A program made the position numbers and the translations under genes. DNA of 64,000 nt from Eledone cirrhosa (Eukaryota), in contig OZ024746.1 in the NCBI GenBank assembly GCA_964016885.1, positions 21,452,001 through 21,516,000 on the forward strand, read 5' to 3'. Under the pieces are notes generated by a model that was not told the DNA's origin, searched no databases, and was given only the letters and a program-made list of their open reading frames with translations. Positions 26,696 to 40,037 of this stretch are shown here, piece after piece; the first letter of the stretch is position 1; each line of letters starts with the position of its first letter.

Positions 26696-29145
26696 CATTA
26701 GATAATACTATCAGTTAGTGCATATAAAGTTCTTTCTTTGAGTATGTGTATATATGCAACTTATATAATTCTCATATCTTTCAGTATATATGTGTGTACA
26801 AGCCAATGTAAATATATGTATATATATACCCACATCTGTGTGTGAGTGTGTGTGTATATGAATATTTTGAATAGCTATGGGAATAGGATTATGGATTTTT
26901 CTAATCTTTGGATGTATCAGATATATCAGTGTGGAGCTCTAAGCTGGTATGCTGATGGGTTACTGCATAGACCAAGTTTATCTGGTGTTTGCCTATATTA
27001 TAGTAAACATAAATAACTAATCAAAATCCAAATCCTTGCATGTACAAGGCCAACACATCCACACACTTAAGAACATTGCAATATAGAAATCAATTTTTCA
27101 AAAGTAATTTTCTATGCATCAACTGAAACATTTGCTTAATTTAACCATCCATCTTATGAGACACAGGGAGGAGATAGTTTTATATAACATAAAACAACTG
27201 ATATGCAATCTTGACTAGAAGATTCCCTAAGGAAATTCTTGACAAACCTATCACATTAATATTTGCCTAAAACAAAGCTGTTTTCTCATAGAAATTCGCT
27301 TCTGAGATAAACTACAGCTAGAAAACATTTAGAATTGGTACTTTATGCATATATGCACTCACCATAGTAACAGTGGATCAATGTATAAATGATTAAAGTC
27401 ATTTCTGTAGCATTTCTCTGACTCATATGTTGTTATAGTTGCAGATATCAGAAACATAAATACTTACAAACCAGTAGTTTGGTTGAAAGCAATGGGTGAG
27501 GGCAGTTGGGTGGGAAGACAATTCTTTGTATAGAAACTTTCCAATGTTTTTCCATTGATATCAGTTAATTAGATTGTAGCAATAATGGTTTTTCTTATAA
27601 CTTCAATTCATTTACAGGTTTGCCTATAAGGTTCTCTAATAAATTTCAATAGAGTTACCCTGTATTTCAAAACATCCTAACAATGAAAAGCTTTTGACTA
27701 GAAGATACAAATACATCTCACACACTAGGACTCAAATTAAAGACAGACTTTCATACCTGATCAACAGACATTTTGTACAGTATTTGTTATATTGGAACAG
27801 ATTTTAAAGCAGTAAAATTAAGTAGAAAGAAACATTCATTTTGGATCTATTAATATTCAACTTAATGGATAAATGATGTTAAATTTACACTTATGATTGA
27901 GATTTCAAAATATTGAAATGATCTTGTAGGATTTAAATTGGTTTGACAGAATGAGTTGGTTGCATAGCTTTGTCACTCTAACAGTTTAGTTTCTTTTTAA
28001 ATTAATCCAATACCAGTCATCATATAACAAAACAATCTTAGGTCTGACAGAATCACATCCATGTTAAGCTTAATTCTTCATGTAATAAGTATTAATTGAT
28101 TAAAACACATAGATTGTAAAATAAGGCAGTTTTTTTCAACTAAAATATTTTCCTGATTCATAGAAAAAATTAAAAATTCGAACACAAGGAACAAGTGCCA
28201 TCAATGACAACAGCGTGGAAGTTGAGTAAAATTACCCCTAAGGACTGAAAACAGTGGACTGCGGTTGTTACAGAGAGACAGAAGTTTGTGAACTGAATGA
28301 AAAATATAAGATAGGAGTGTATTGGCACGTAGGAGTGATAAAGAAAGGGGAACAAGAAAAGCAAGTGGAGAATAAGGTTACACTAAGAATGGAGATTAAC
28401 AAACTTTTTCGATTGTTTTTCATATATATTCAATGCTTTGTCTCGATAATTTTTGATACACCCAATGTTTGTTTATTTTCTTGATTGACACACTGATTAT
28501 AATCATTCAATCTATGATGTGGATGTTCTGAACTAGGTTATGGATATCCATGTATGTGCTCCCTAACCAGAAGGTTGTCAGGATATGCTAGAGTAAAATT
28601 TTGAGGAGATTGAAAGACTAATGAAAACTCATGCACAAACTCAATAAAAAGTCCATGAGAACACACTCAGATATTCAAAATGTTTAGATTGGATACGAAA
28701 ATAGCAGTAACAAGACATGTCTACCATTTCATACCACATATGGTCAACATTTTAAAACAAGTGGCCAACATAGTCATTGAACCAACTAAAATATTGCTTT
28801 TCTGACATGTAAAAACTTATGAAATATCCAATTGACCAGCTGTTCTTGTAACATAAGTTTGTTAAGCAGGCTGAGAGAGTTATACAATAATCCCCCCCCC
28901 CCCCCAAAAAAAAAGATCAGCATCTGTGTGACTACCTGACCTGCTGCAAGTAATTTCTATAAAACCTTCCTAAAATCATACCCAACAAACGATAAAGATA
29001 CATCACATAATGTAACCCAGAGTACATTAATGAAAACATGATGGGTGAATATCTTTGATAATATTGCCGAATCATGGATTATATGGAGCTAAACAACAAA
29101 ACAAACATTACATTGCCCTGACAAAGGTTATTGAAACAAATAACT

Positions 29146-29494
29146 ATCATCATCATTTCATCATCATTTCATTTTACGTCCAATTTTCCCTGCTTGTAAG
29201 GGTGGGACGGGAACTGATTCTGGCATGATTTCTACAGCTGGATGCCCTTCCTAACACCAACCTCATTTACAGTGAGTGTTGGGTGCTTTTTTCCGTGGCG
29301 CCTACACGTCCACTTTACAGTGGATTGATAGGGACCCCAGTCCCTATCATCTCATTTCTACAGCTGAGTAAACTGGAGCAATGTGAAATAAAGTGTCTTG
29401 CTCAGGGAAACATCACATCACCCAGTGTGAGAATTGAACTCACAACCTTTCGATTGCAAGGCCAATGCTCTAACCACTAAGCCATGTGCCTCCA
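29146..29494 (-). mobile_element. tRNA-derived CORE-like SINE with RTE-type 3' end
   Basis: A box (tggcttagtgg), B-box-like gagttcaattc, CORE-like tgagcaagacactttatttcac, and a 3' part matching the RTE 3' UTR with a GAT/GAAAT tail. Confidence 0.85.
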
Positions 29495-31246
29495 TATATT
29501 ATACTTATTAGGTTGAATGAGTGACTATGCCTTTATCCTTAGATATATTTCCATTAAATAGAAACAACATATTTATATCTAAATATCACTTGTTATGATT
29601 GTCTCAAAGTGCCTCTTCAATAACACAACAGAGTCATTCATTTTCCAATGCTTTCCCAGTAAATTATGAATCTATGATATTTAGAGTAAAATCAGTTAGA
29701 AGTTTCAATGTCCATATCTTTCCCGAGGTTATTTAACTACATTAAGGAAAGAGAAATAGAAACAGTCAGAATTTAATAATAGATTGTGGATTCAGTTTTC
29801 CAGAAGCCGAAGCTTCTACATGATAATAGCTATATCATAGATTTACAATAGATTTAAATATATTTCGGTTGATATTTCAGTATTATATTATTAAATGTTC
29901 TTTACTAAGTATGTTTCTCAAACCTATAGTTATAAGCAAAATGTTTTCATTCATATTGTGTGCTTTCTTGTCTGTTTTTACATTCTCTTGTTAGTTTTGG
30001 CTTCTGAATAAGACATATAAAGTTGGTGTTTCAAGAAATCAGCTATATTTTGAAATCTTTTCTAGTTTTTTTGTTTCTTTGATGTTACTTTACAATATAA
30101 GATAAATATATTGGTCCACATGAGATTTTTCCCCGTAGCTGACTATCTGTAGATAAATATAGTTCAGATAGATGAAAGTTTTAAACTCTTTTCAGTTTAT
30201 ATTGCTGCTAGGTAGAAGTTGAGTTTGAACACACATATATAAACACATACATACACACATAAACAGACACACACGCACATACATCATACACTCATTAATA
30301 AAATATTGAGTTAGAAAATGTAATGTTTTTACATGAAAAGGATGTAAAAAGCAATATAGTTTTAGATGAAGTGTTTTACAAAATTTATATATATATATAG
30401 GTACCAAAATGTATATGTAAAGAAAAACAAAAACATATAAATAGCCATTATTCAATATACTATGAAAGAATAGATGAAGTTTAAATTTAAATTTTACCAG
30501 AAATTTTATGATGATTAAATGTATAAAGGGGATGATTAAATGTATAAATAGTTTAAACTTCAGCTGATTGCCATGAAAATGTCCAGTTAAAAATTTCAAA
30601 ACATGATATTATGATAAATGTTAATTAAATCATCATCACCTGCTTTATATGCTGTATTCTAGCATAGATATTAATTATTCAATTATGAAGCCAAATGTAT
30701 GCACATTAGGCAAAAAACCCCACTGATTATTAGAGGTGGGGGTGATCCTAGATATAATGGAGGTGTACATTGATGGTGCAAATGGTGCATAAATGGGTGA
30801 AGTTACATTTTTATGTTGGTAGACAAGTCCTCTTCAGTATTGCATGTTGCCAATCCTTTCAACCTTGTGTCATCTCTGTTGTGAGATTCAGCTTCCTAAG
30901 TTTGGTCTTCACTACTTCAACCTATGTCTTCCTAGGACTACTTCTTACATTAATTCTATATTTATACAACTGACATCTTCCATATGCATCACATGTCCAC
31001 ACCATCACAATCGTCTCTTGTGAACACTAACATTACACATATAACAGCACATTAACTTCATTTATTTCTAGTTTTTGCAAGTCTTCTGCAGTCAATGTAT
31101 ATATATTACATTTTATCTCTCTCTCTATATATATATATTATACATTTTATCTCTATATATATATGTATATATATTATACATTTTATCTATATATATTATA
31201 TATGTTATATATTTTATCTATATATATATTATATATATATATATAA

Positions 31247-31281
<35 letters not shown>

Positions 31282-31682
31282 ACATTATATCTATTTAGTG
31301 CGTGAGTGTGTGTGTGTTTATAATAATGTCAGAAGTAATAAGACATTGGTTGTAACTTGAGGCAAAAAATAAGATAAAAATAAATTGCTTACAATTTAAA
31401 TCTAGTGCTTTCGTTTTTCAGGAGACTTATCACATTACAAACTTAGTTTCTATTTTTTAAGAGGCCAGTAACTCTGTTTGGTAACAACCCTTCCAGCCCT
31501 TGCTATCAGGGAAAACAGACATTAAATGATGATGATATTATATATATCAGTTCCCGTCCCACCCTTGCAAGCAGGGAAAAAGCGGACGTAAAATGAAATG
31601 AAATGAAATGAAAATATATATGCAACAAACATTCTTTGTAATGTAACACACATTTTAATACTTTTAATTACATTTGTTTCAG

Positions 31683-31964
31683 AGACCAAATCCTCCAAAT
31701 CTGACGTGGAGAAGAAACCTTCTAATGACCAATCCAAAGATGCCATAGCTGACTCCACTACAATAGATCTGGCAAAACAGCCAGTCCATGCTGAATCAAC
31801 GAAGCATGAGGATATCATCATCAAAGGAACAGATAATGAAATGAAAACGATGAATCAAGAGGAAACGTGTAATAAACTGCAATATCTTCACTTTAAAGAA
31901 AAGCTTCTTCATTTCCACTGTGAACGATTCCAGGAATCAGACTGTAACCAAGATACGAAAGAAT
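31683..31964 (+). CDS. FSTL5: FSTL4/5-like gene, linker exon between Kazal and EF-hand region; phase 1-1
   Basis: Acceptor tttgtttcag ending 31682 and donor gtaagt at 31965. The 282-nt frame is open and joins both neighbours in phase. TCNKLQYLHFKEKLL resembles the C-x-x-x-E/Q-Y-x-x-x-K-x-x-LL segment after the Kazal domain of FSTL4/5. Confidence 0.8.
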
Positions 31965-32191
31965 GTAAGTAAACTAACAGGAAATTATTTTAGTCTGTTA
32001 CTATATATTCTTAAACATCTTATATCTTACTTAGTGGTAAGGGTATTGGACTTGCAATCATAATGTTGTGGGTTCGATTGTTTCCTGGACTGGGATGTGT
32101 GTTGTGTTCTTGAGCAAACCACATCATTGCTCCAGTATACTCAGCTGAAAATGAATTCCAGCAATGTGTGTATATAGGTATATATATGCGC

Positions 32192-32229
<38 letters not shown>

Positions 32230-33324
32230 ATATATATATATATATGTGTGTGTGTATAAATATATATGATATCTTATCTTTATATTTTTACAAATATTTA
32301 ATTCTGAATATTCATATTTTATTTTCTTCCTATTTTTATCAGCATTTATTAATTTAGTGAAGTGAGATTTTTTTGTAGACTCTTCTAATTTTCATCAACT
32401 TTTCTACTCTCCCAGTAAGAGGAAAAAATGAAGAAAAAAGTATTATAATATATATATACACACACACACACTCAGCCACACACACACACACGCATGCATA
32501 CACACACACACATACACACACACACACACAAATAAAACACTAGAACAGCATCTGATTGAATCTCAAATTGATGTTTCATTTCTTTGAAATGAAAAAAAAA
32601 TCGATAATTCTTAATGTAAGCTAGTGAATTTATTCTTCTTAACATTCAGCTCGAATGTTTAGCAGTTTCCAATGCCATGAGTGTATGCAGGCAAGAGTTT
32701 GTATGGATATAGAGGCAGAGAGCCTTATTTTTAGCATGCATGCAAGGTGTTGAATAGGTTTCTTTATATGTATGTAAATATATTTATAATTTGTTTCATG
32801 AATCCAATCACAAATGTATGAGTTCTTTATTAAATTTAAATAGGAATTTTAGTGAAAGAGATGTTTAAGGCCTATATTCTTGTCCCACAAATTATTATTA
32901 ATGTATAGTCTGCTGGTAGTATGTTGGGTAAATGGGAAAAGTATCCTCAGTGCTTTGTAAAAGTCCAAGAGATCAGTTATGTACAAACAATGTTTGTTGA
33001 CATTTGAAAGCTGTGATTCAGGTATCTAATTTAAGATGGTAAGAGTTGTTATGGTCCCTTGGCTTAATGGTCTAAAGTGCTTAGCAGGGATCTCGGAGAT
33101 ATGGGGTTTGATTCTTTATAGTGGCTGATGGTAACTTCTTTTTCCATCTTTAAAGGGTTTTCACCCTATTTTATAAGTTCTTTTATAGCACCTCCCCACA
33201 TGAACATATCATTCTTCATATTAACTTTATCTTCTCAGCAACTTGTGAAAAATTGGTTACGAATACACAATATATATATATATATAAAATGTGAGTATGT
33301 ATGTATATATATATACACACACAA

Positions 33325-33404
<80 letters not shown>

Positions 33405-34515
33405 TGAAAAGAGTTGTAACATAAAGAAGTGAAAAATTAGAGGTTATTTTAATTTGGTTTCTATTTCAGCTTTGTATTCTGTTTTGTTTTCTTTCAAAAT
33501 GTTAAAGAATAAAATAATTCAATATATAATATAAATTTGAATTAGCTACATGAAAGTGGAAACAAAAATACTATTTTATTGTCTTTCACAAAAAAATTAG
33601 TAAGTTTCTAAATTAATCTTTTGGTGAAATATTGATTCTGCTTACCACAATCAAATTCTGAGGGTGCCACAGTGCAATGACTACTCTCAAAAAAATATCT
33701 ACTTGACCCAGTTCAAGCTACCACTTAAAGATATTTTATTTAGATGCTAATAATTTTTTTATGAGAAACAATGTTCTTTATGATTTTTAAAAAATATCTG
33801 TTCCTGATCTAAATTTGAGTTTTTATTAAAATATTTATAAATACCTGTAGAAGATAGTTCTCCTCACATACATAGATAAGAGATAAAAATTATCTTTTAA
33901 ACCCATCCTCTCCAGGTTTGAATACATCAGATTTTTTCCAGAGAAGGATAGATAGTGAGTGAAAGGAAGTGAGAAAGAGATATAGAGGAAGAGTCAACCT
34001 TGAATGGATGTAAGGTAAAATTGACCATGGAAGAATTTGAACTCAGAAAGCAGAGAGCCAAAGCAATACCACAAAGCATTCTATTCAACATTCTAACAGT
34101 TCTGCCAATTTGCTGCCTTGGTACTCAACAATTCCATTCTACAAATTTGTGGTTTTGTACCAATGTGAGAAGTCAATATTTATTTAATATTGTGTGTATG
34201 TTGAATAGAATACTCAAGAATTTAAGAGAGTGTAACTTCATACACTTCATACTGATCTAAAATGATGGTTGTCTTTGGAAATTAAATCAATACATGTTAT
34301 ATGTTATTAGTGTCAATATTATTAAAGACTGGAACAGTGTGTTAGAAAAAGATTGTAGAGAAGTATTTAGTTTCATCTTCTAATATTTGAATATGCAAGA
34401 GTAGGGAACTGAAAATATCGAACATGTAAGACTGGTGAATTGGAAAGTATGTAACATAATATCCATCTGTAATGATAGTTGATCTTTGAAAGCCCTTAAT
34501 ATAAACACACACATG

Positions 34516-34540
<25 letters not shown>

Positions 34541-34546
<6 letters not shown>

Positions 34547-34858
34547 ATACTTTGGGAGGGTCATGTTGCCAATAAGAAACACATGCACCAGTTGCTTTCA
34601 CTTCAATTTATTATAATAAATTTATAAATTTATAACTTTCTGATTGGTTGGTTGGTTCCACAACCAGATGATTGTTTATATATTGTCAAAGTTCTTTCGT
34701 CACACATTATGTGACCTCTTCAGTGACTGGGAATTCTTTTCTTTGTTTTTGTGCCTCTCCTTTGTTCTGTCCTACGCCATCTTGTTTTTGTGTGTGTGTC
34801 GGTTTCAACACACGTTTTCAGATAAAGAATCTTGCTAAACAAATTCAGAAACAAAATA
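34541..34858 (-). mobile_element. Penelope-like non-autonomous end fragment in (TA)n; related ends at about 48443-48570 and 63246-63298
   Basis: Shared terminus (ttgttatactt)gggagggtcat...ttgcca at three (TA)n sites; this copy contains the hammerhead at 34685-34727. Confidence 0.55.
34685..34727 (-). ncRNA. Minimal type I hammerhead ribozyme
   Basis: Minus strand reads gtca CTGAAGA g gtcaca-taatg-tgtgac GAAA gaac TT tgac: stem I gtca/tgac, 6-bp stem II with one extra nucleotide, and 2-bp stem III. Confidence 0.65.
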
Positions 34859-34875
34859 TATATATATATATATAT

Positions 34876-35216
34876 CATCATCATCATCATCATTTTACGT
34901 CCGCTTTTCCCTGCTTGCAAGGGTGGGACGGGAACTGATTCTGGCTTGATTTCTACAGCTGGATGCCCTTCCTAACACCAACCTCATTTACAGTGAGTGC
35001 TGGGTGCTTTTTTACCATGGCACCTCCACGACCACTTTGCAGTGGAATGATAGGGACCCCAGCCCCTATCATCTCATTTCTACAGCTGAGTAAACTGGAG
35101 CAATGTGAAATAAAGTGTCTTGCTCAAGGAAACAACACATCACCCGGTCTGAGAATTGAACTCATAACCTTTCGATTGCAAAGCCAATGCTCTAACCACT
35201 AAGCCATGTGCCTCCA
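34876..35216 (-). mobile_element. tRNA-derived CORE-like SINE with RTE-type 3' end
   Basis: Highly similar to 29146-29494 and 63461-63789. Confidence 0.85.
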
Positions 35217-35292
35217 CATATATATACATATATGTATATATATACATATATGTATATATATATATATATGTACATATATTTAATATAGAAAA

Positions 35293-35343
35293 GGCTTCTA
35301 CAGGACTAGAACTGTTTCATTTGGGAGTAATCATCAGGAAGCC
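35293..35343 (-). ncRNA. Type I hammerhead ribozyme in a short palindrome
   Basis: Minus strand reads ggcttc CTGATGA ttactcccaaat GAAA cag-ttctagtc-ctg TA gaagcc: 6-bp stem I, 4-bp stem III and weak stem II. Confidence 0.7.
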
Positions 35344-35388
35344 CTGACGATTTCTCCTGAATGAAACAGTTCTAGTCCTGTAGAAGCC
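35344..35388 (+). ncRNA. Hammerhead core lacking the 5' strand of stem I
   Basis: CTGACGA t-ttc-tcct-gaa-t GAAA cag-ttctagtc-ctg TA gaagcc. The fold point of palindrome 35275-35406 lies immediately before CTGA. Confidence 0.6.
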
Positions 35389-35489
35389 TTTTCTATATTA
35401 AATATTTATACTCTGCTATGTATTGAGTACCTTACTCTCTGTGGTTACCCCCGATTGAACCTAGGATAAACTTATATATACATATATAT

Positions 35490-36072
35490 ATAAATGTAAG
35501 TATGTATGTACACGTATATACATATATGTATACAGACGTACAGTAGTATGTATATATATACATACATGCACACATATATATATGCACGTATCGGTTTACC
35601 GAACATTTATTATAATGCTCGGTTTGTTTGTTTGTAAACAAACAGCCCGAATTACGCCGTACATTCTATTCCATTTATCGTTTTCGGTGTGCCCGGCCGA
35701 CTGAACTCACTCGATATGCAAATTAGGCTGCTCAGCCGTTAATATGCATAAGGAAAGTATATACTTTCAGATGTTCAACCATCTGGCAGGAAGGTATACG
35801 ATGCTGACAATAGCTAATAAGCTTGAAACTAGTACATCATTCCTGTGTCAGTGTTGAACAAAAAGGTGATGTGGTTGTCTAAACACTGTACGGCGTAATT
35901 CGGGCGGTTTGTTTGTTTACAAACAAACAAACTGAACATTATAATAAATGTTCGGTAAACCGATACGTGCATATATATATGTGTGCATGTATGTATATAT
36001 ATACATACTACTGTACGTCTGTATACATATATGTATGTACATGTACATACATACATACATACTTACATTTAA
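35490..36072. mobile_element. Element with about 170-bp terminal inverted repeats and a central hammerhead motif
   Basis: About 35490-35662 is the inverted complement of about 35888-36072 (hence the near-identical ORFs MFTNKQTEHY... on both strands). The spacer has ATGCAAAT and the hammerhead. Confidence 0.7.
35800..35838 (+). ncRNA. Degenerate hammerhead ribozyme (G8>A)
   Basis: gatg CTGACAA t-agct-aata-agct-t GAAA ctag TA catc: stems I-III present and stem III palindromic (actagt). CTGACAA is consistent with CpG decay of CTGACGA. Confidence 0.65.
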
Positions 36073-37641
36073 GTAAGTGCCGTACTAAGAGTGAGAAATG
36101 AAATTTTGTTTCATTCTATTCCATTTATATATATATATATATATATATAAATTATTTATCATTAACATTAGTATTAAAAATATAATAATTATATATTTTA
36201 GAGAAGGGCCTCAGCCCTGTAAAAGGCAAGGGTATTATTTAGTTATTTCACTACTACTTTTGATTGGAATCATAAATGAAGTGTTGCACAATTTTATAAA
36301 CTCTTTATTGATTTCTATCAGGCCATGTTTACATTCAACCTAAAATTGTCCTTCATAGATAGGTGAGGCTATAACCAACAGTTAAATGACAGTAACAGCA
36401 TGTTATAGTCTTCATTCAGGAGAAGTTTGTAAAATGGTTGAATGAATAAATGAATTTATAGAAATAATTATGAAATACTATGTGCATGTAGTTAGAATGT
36501 CTTGGGAAAAAATTGCTGGACAGATTTTATGGGCAAAACAAACCATCAAGAGGCCCAGGGGTAGACCCCGAGTCATATCGTTGGATAACATCCACGAGCT
36601 TGGTTGGTCTAGTTTCTGCATCTAGCTGGATCAATTGGAGAAGATGGCTTCTGCCAAGACCTGCTGGAAGGAGTATTTGAGGAATCTGCCTCCATGATTC
36701 TCTCAGAAATAAGTGAGCAAAGAAGAAGAAGAATTATGAAATAAAAAGTTAATATTTTCCCCTTTTGGTGAATAGAGGAGTTTGTCCATAGTTTCCACAT
36801 AATTTTAGAATGTAATACAAAAAGCCAATTACCATTTCTATAAAACCCAACTGACTTGATAACACTATATTATAATAATATGCATTTGCCAATACAATCT
36901 TACATGATACACTACTAATGAAAGTATTGGGGATACATGGAATAAAACAAAAATAATATCTGTATAACTACACATTTCTATGTAAATGTAGGCAAAGGTG
37001 TATGTATGTGTTGTATATGTGTGTGTTGTAGGTATATGTGTTGTATATATATATATGTTGTATATGTATGTGCTGTATATGTATGTGCTGTATATGTATG
37101 TGTTGTTTATGTATGTGTTGTAGCTATATGTGTTGTATATGTATGTGCTGTATATGTATGTGTTGTATATGTGTGACTAAACAATATTATTTTATGACAA
37201 GAATGATATGCAAATGTTCATCAAGCATATTGTCTACAGAAAATGGTAAAAATGCATTTAAGGAATTAATGAAGAATAAAAGAGAGAAGACAAAGAATAC
37301 CAGAAGACAATTAAATTGGAAAAAAAATGATAAAAAGGCAAAACATTATAGCAAGGTATAAAGATATGACAGGTGATGATTAATGGATCAGCTGTGTTGG
37401 TGGACATGTATAGAATCTTTTACCAGCTTTTGCAGGAAGAATCATATTCTGAACATGACTGTTGAGGAAGAAATCTAATTGTATATAATGCATTACCAAT
37501 GTGTTTGTCTGAAACATTTAATGTGGCTTCTGTGTAAATATCTAGATTACTCAACTTCACTTATATATATATATATATACATACACATAAATATATATGC
37601 ACACACACTTACATATAAATATATGTGCATACACACACATT

Positions 37642-37747
<106 letters not shown>

Positions 37748-39621
37748 TCAGTGTTATCAACATTTAATGACCATATTTTCTTCTCGTAAATATATATATA
37801 TGTGTGTTTGTGTGTGTGCATGCACATGTATCATCATAATCATCTACATCATCATCCTCATCATCAGCAACAGCATCATCATAATCATTTTACAGCTGTT
37901 TTTCCATACTGGTATAAATTAGACATAGTCCTATAATATCCATAGATGTTTGTAATAGACATGCACACAAATAGACACACACATATCATCATCGTCGTCT
38001 AACATCCATTTTCCCTACTAGCACGGGTTTGATGTGTCTACATAGACCATGTCACTATGGAAATAGGGCTACTGACCTCCCAGACGGGGCAAGGGTCTGT
38101 ATCTTGCTTACATACAGTTGTACATTCTATCGAGTGCACAAGAGAAGTTGTCATGTCTTTTGACACAAACTGAATGGTCCTGCCAACTCTTTGTTTGACA
38201 AGCTTAGTTATTATTTTAATGAATATATCAAAACATCCAGTGTAGTTTTAGTTTTTAAAAATGTTTTCCAATCAAGGAATGAGATAGGAGAGTGACCATG
38301 ACCTCTGAAAGGGGTGGGATAAATGCATCTAATGTCCAGCTTTAACACCTGCAAGTCAATGGTATGGTATAGTCCTGTAACTCCTGAGTTGTAGGGGTGC
38401 CATATTGTCATACAGTGGAATCCAATCCTCTCCCAGTCTGAATATAGCAGATTTCTTCCAGAGGAGAATAGAGAGTGAAAGAATAGAAGTGAAAAAGAGA
38501 TATAGAGGAAGAATCGACCCAAGTACAAGACTGGTACGTTTTTATCGACCTCGAAATAATGAAAGATAAAGTTGTCTTTGGTAGGAGTTAAACTCAGAGA
38601 GCAAAAAACTGAAACAAATACTGCAAACCATTCTATCTGACATCAATCTCTACAAATAAATGGAGAATTAGAAAGAAGCAAGTGTTGTCTATTCTGAGTG
38701 CTTGCAACAGATAGTAATCTACTAAAGACATACAAGAATCACAAAATTAAATTAAACTAGGTGGTGTGATAAGTCTACTACTCATTGTGATAGTTGAATT
38801 AATTAGGAAAGAAGTCTAATTGCTTGTAACATTTTCCTTCAAGACATCTAGACTGAACTTAAATGTCCTGCACAAATATGCAAAATACTTAGATTTGAAT
38901 TCAATATCTACTTATTTCTAGCATAGGAAAGTGTACATTGATCATCATCGTTTAACATCCATCTTCCATGCTAGCATGGGTTGGATGGTTTTGTCCCACT
39001 TGAGGCAAGATTGGTCAAGAGACTGTCTCACTCGTATAGAACTGTTTCTGGTAGGTTTTTCTATAGCTGGATGCTCTTCCTAACACCAACCACATTTAAC
39101 ATTATAAATGGTTAAGATTTAAACTTAAATAACACACAGAGACATTTGGAAACAAGATAGATGCTTGAACTATAATTGTTTCTACTTTTTGGCACTAGGC
39201 CAGCAATTACCCAGTACATTACTGGTACTTTATTTTATTGATCCCGTAAGGATGAAAGGCAAAGTTAACCTCGGCTATCATATATCCCATGCTTATCTAT
39301 CATCAGTCGGTTGACATTGTTGTGGTTGTTGTTGCTATTATCATTGATGTGGTTCTCGTTGCTGATATTGTATTATTTTGAACAACTCTTGTCATTCCAC
39401 ACCACTGAGATGGCTTTATAGCACACACAAACAAAACACTTTACATTTAAACACCTGTCTGACAACAACACATTGGATAACTGTTACATAGTGATGCCTA
39501 TAAAATGTACATAACAATTGTGATATAATAAACTGAAATTGAATATGTGAAGCTATCTCTCTCTCACTCTCTCTCTCTCTAGCTCTCTTTCTCTCTCTCT
39601 CTCTCTCTCTCTAGCTCTCTT

Positions 39622-39654
<33 letters not shown>

Positions 39655-39833
39655 CCCACAATTCTCAGGAATAAGTGGACAGAGAAGAAGAGTATATATA
39701 TCATAAATCATCATTTTAACGTCTGCTTTCCCTGCTAGAAAAGGTTGGACAATATACAATATTTACATATATTGAATTCATCTTTAATTGTTCTTATTAA
39801 GCATAACTTTTTCTTGTTCATTTTACTTTTCAG

Positions 39834-40037
39834 TTAAACAGTATCTAGCCACACTGATGTTTAGCTACTATGATGACAGCCTTGATAACTTTTTACAAGC
39901 ATCTGAACTCTTGCACATAGAAGAGAAGGAGCAATTTAAGAATTTATCTGCAAAATGCAGTCTCTTGAATATGATACATTTTGAAGATACTGACCATGAC
40001 AGCAAAATTTCCTTCAAAGAATTCATTGCAGCATTTA
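39834..40037 (+). CDS. FSTL5: FSTL4/5-like gene, EF-hand pair exon; phase 1-1
   Basis: Polypyrimidine tract + cag ending 39833 and donor gtaagt at 40038. FKQYLATLMFSYYDDSLDNFLQASEL...CSLLNMIHFEDTDHDSKISFKEFIAAF has two EF loops (DDSLDNFLQASE, DTDHDSKISFKE). Confidence 0.9.

Noticed and set aside
37038-37361. Cys-rich metallothionein-like ORF (CCICM)n
   Set aside because: Product of a 15-bp TG/TA repeat, with no splice or homology support.
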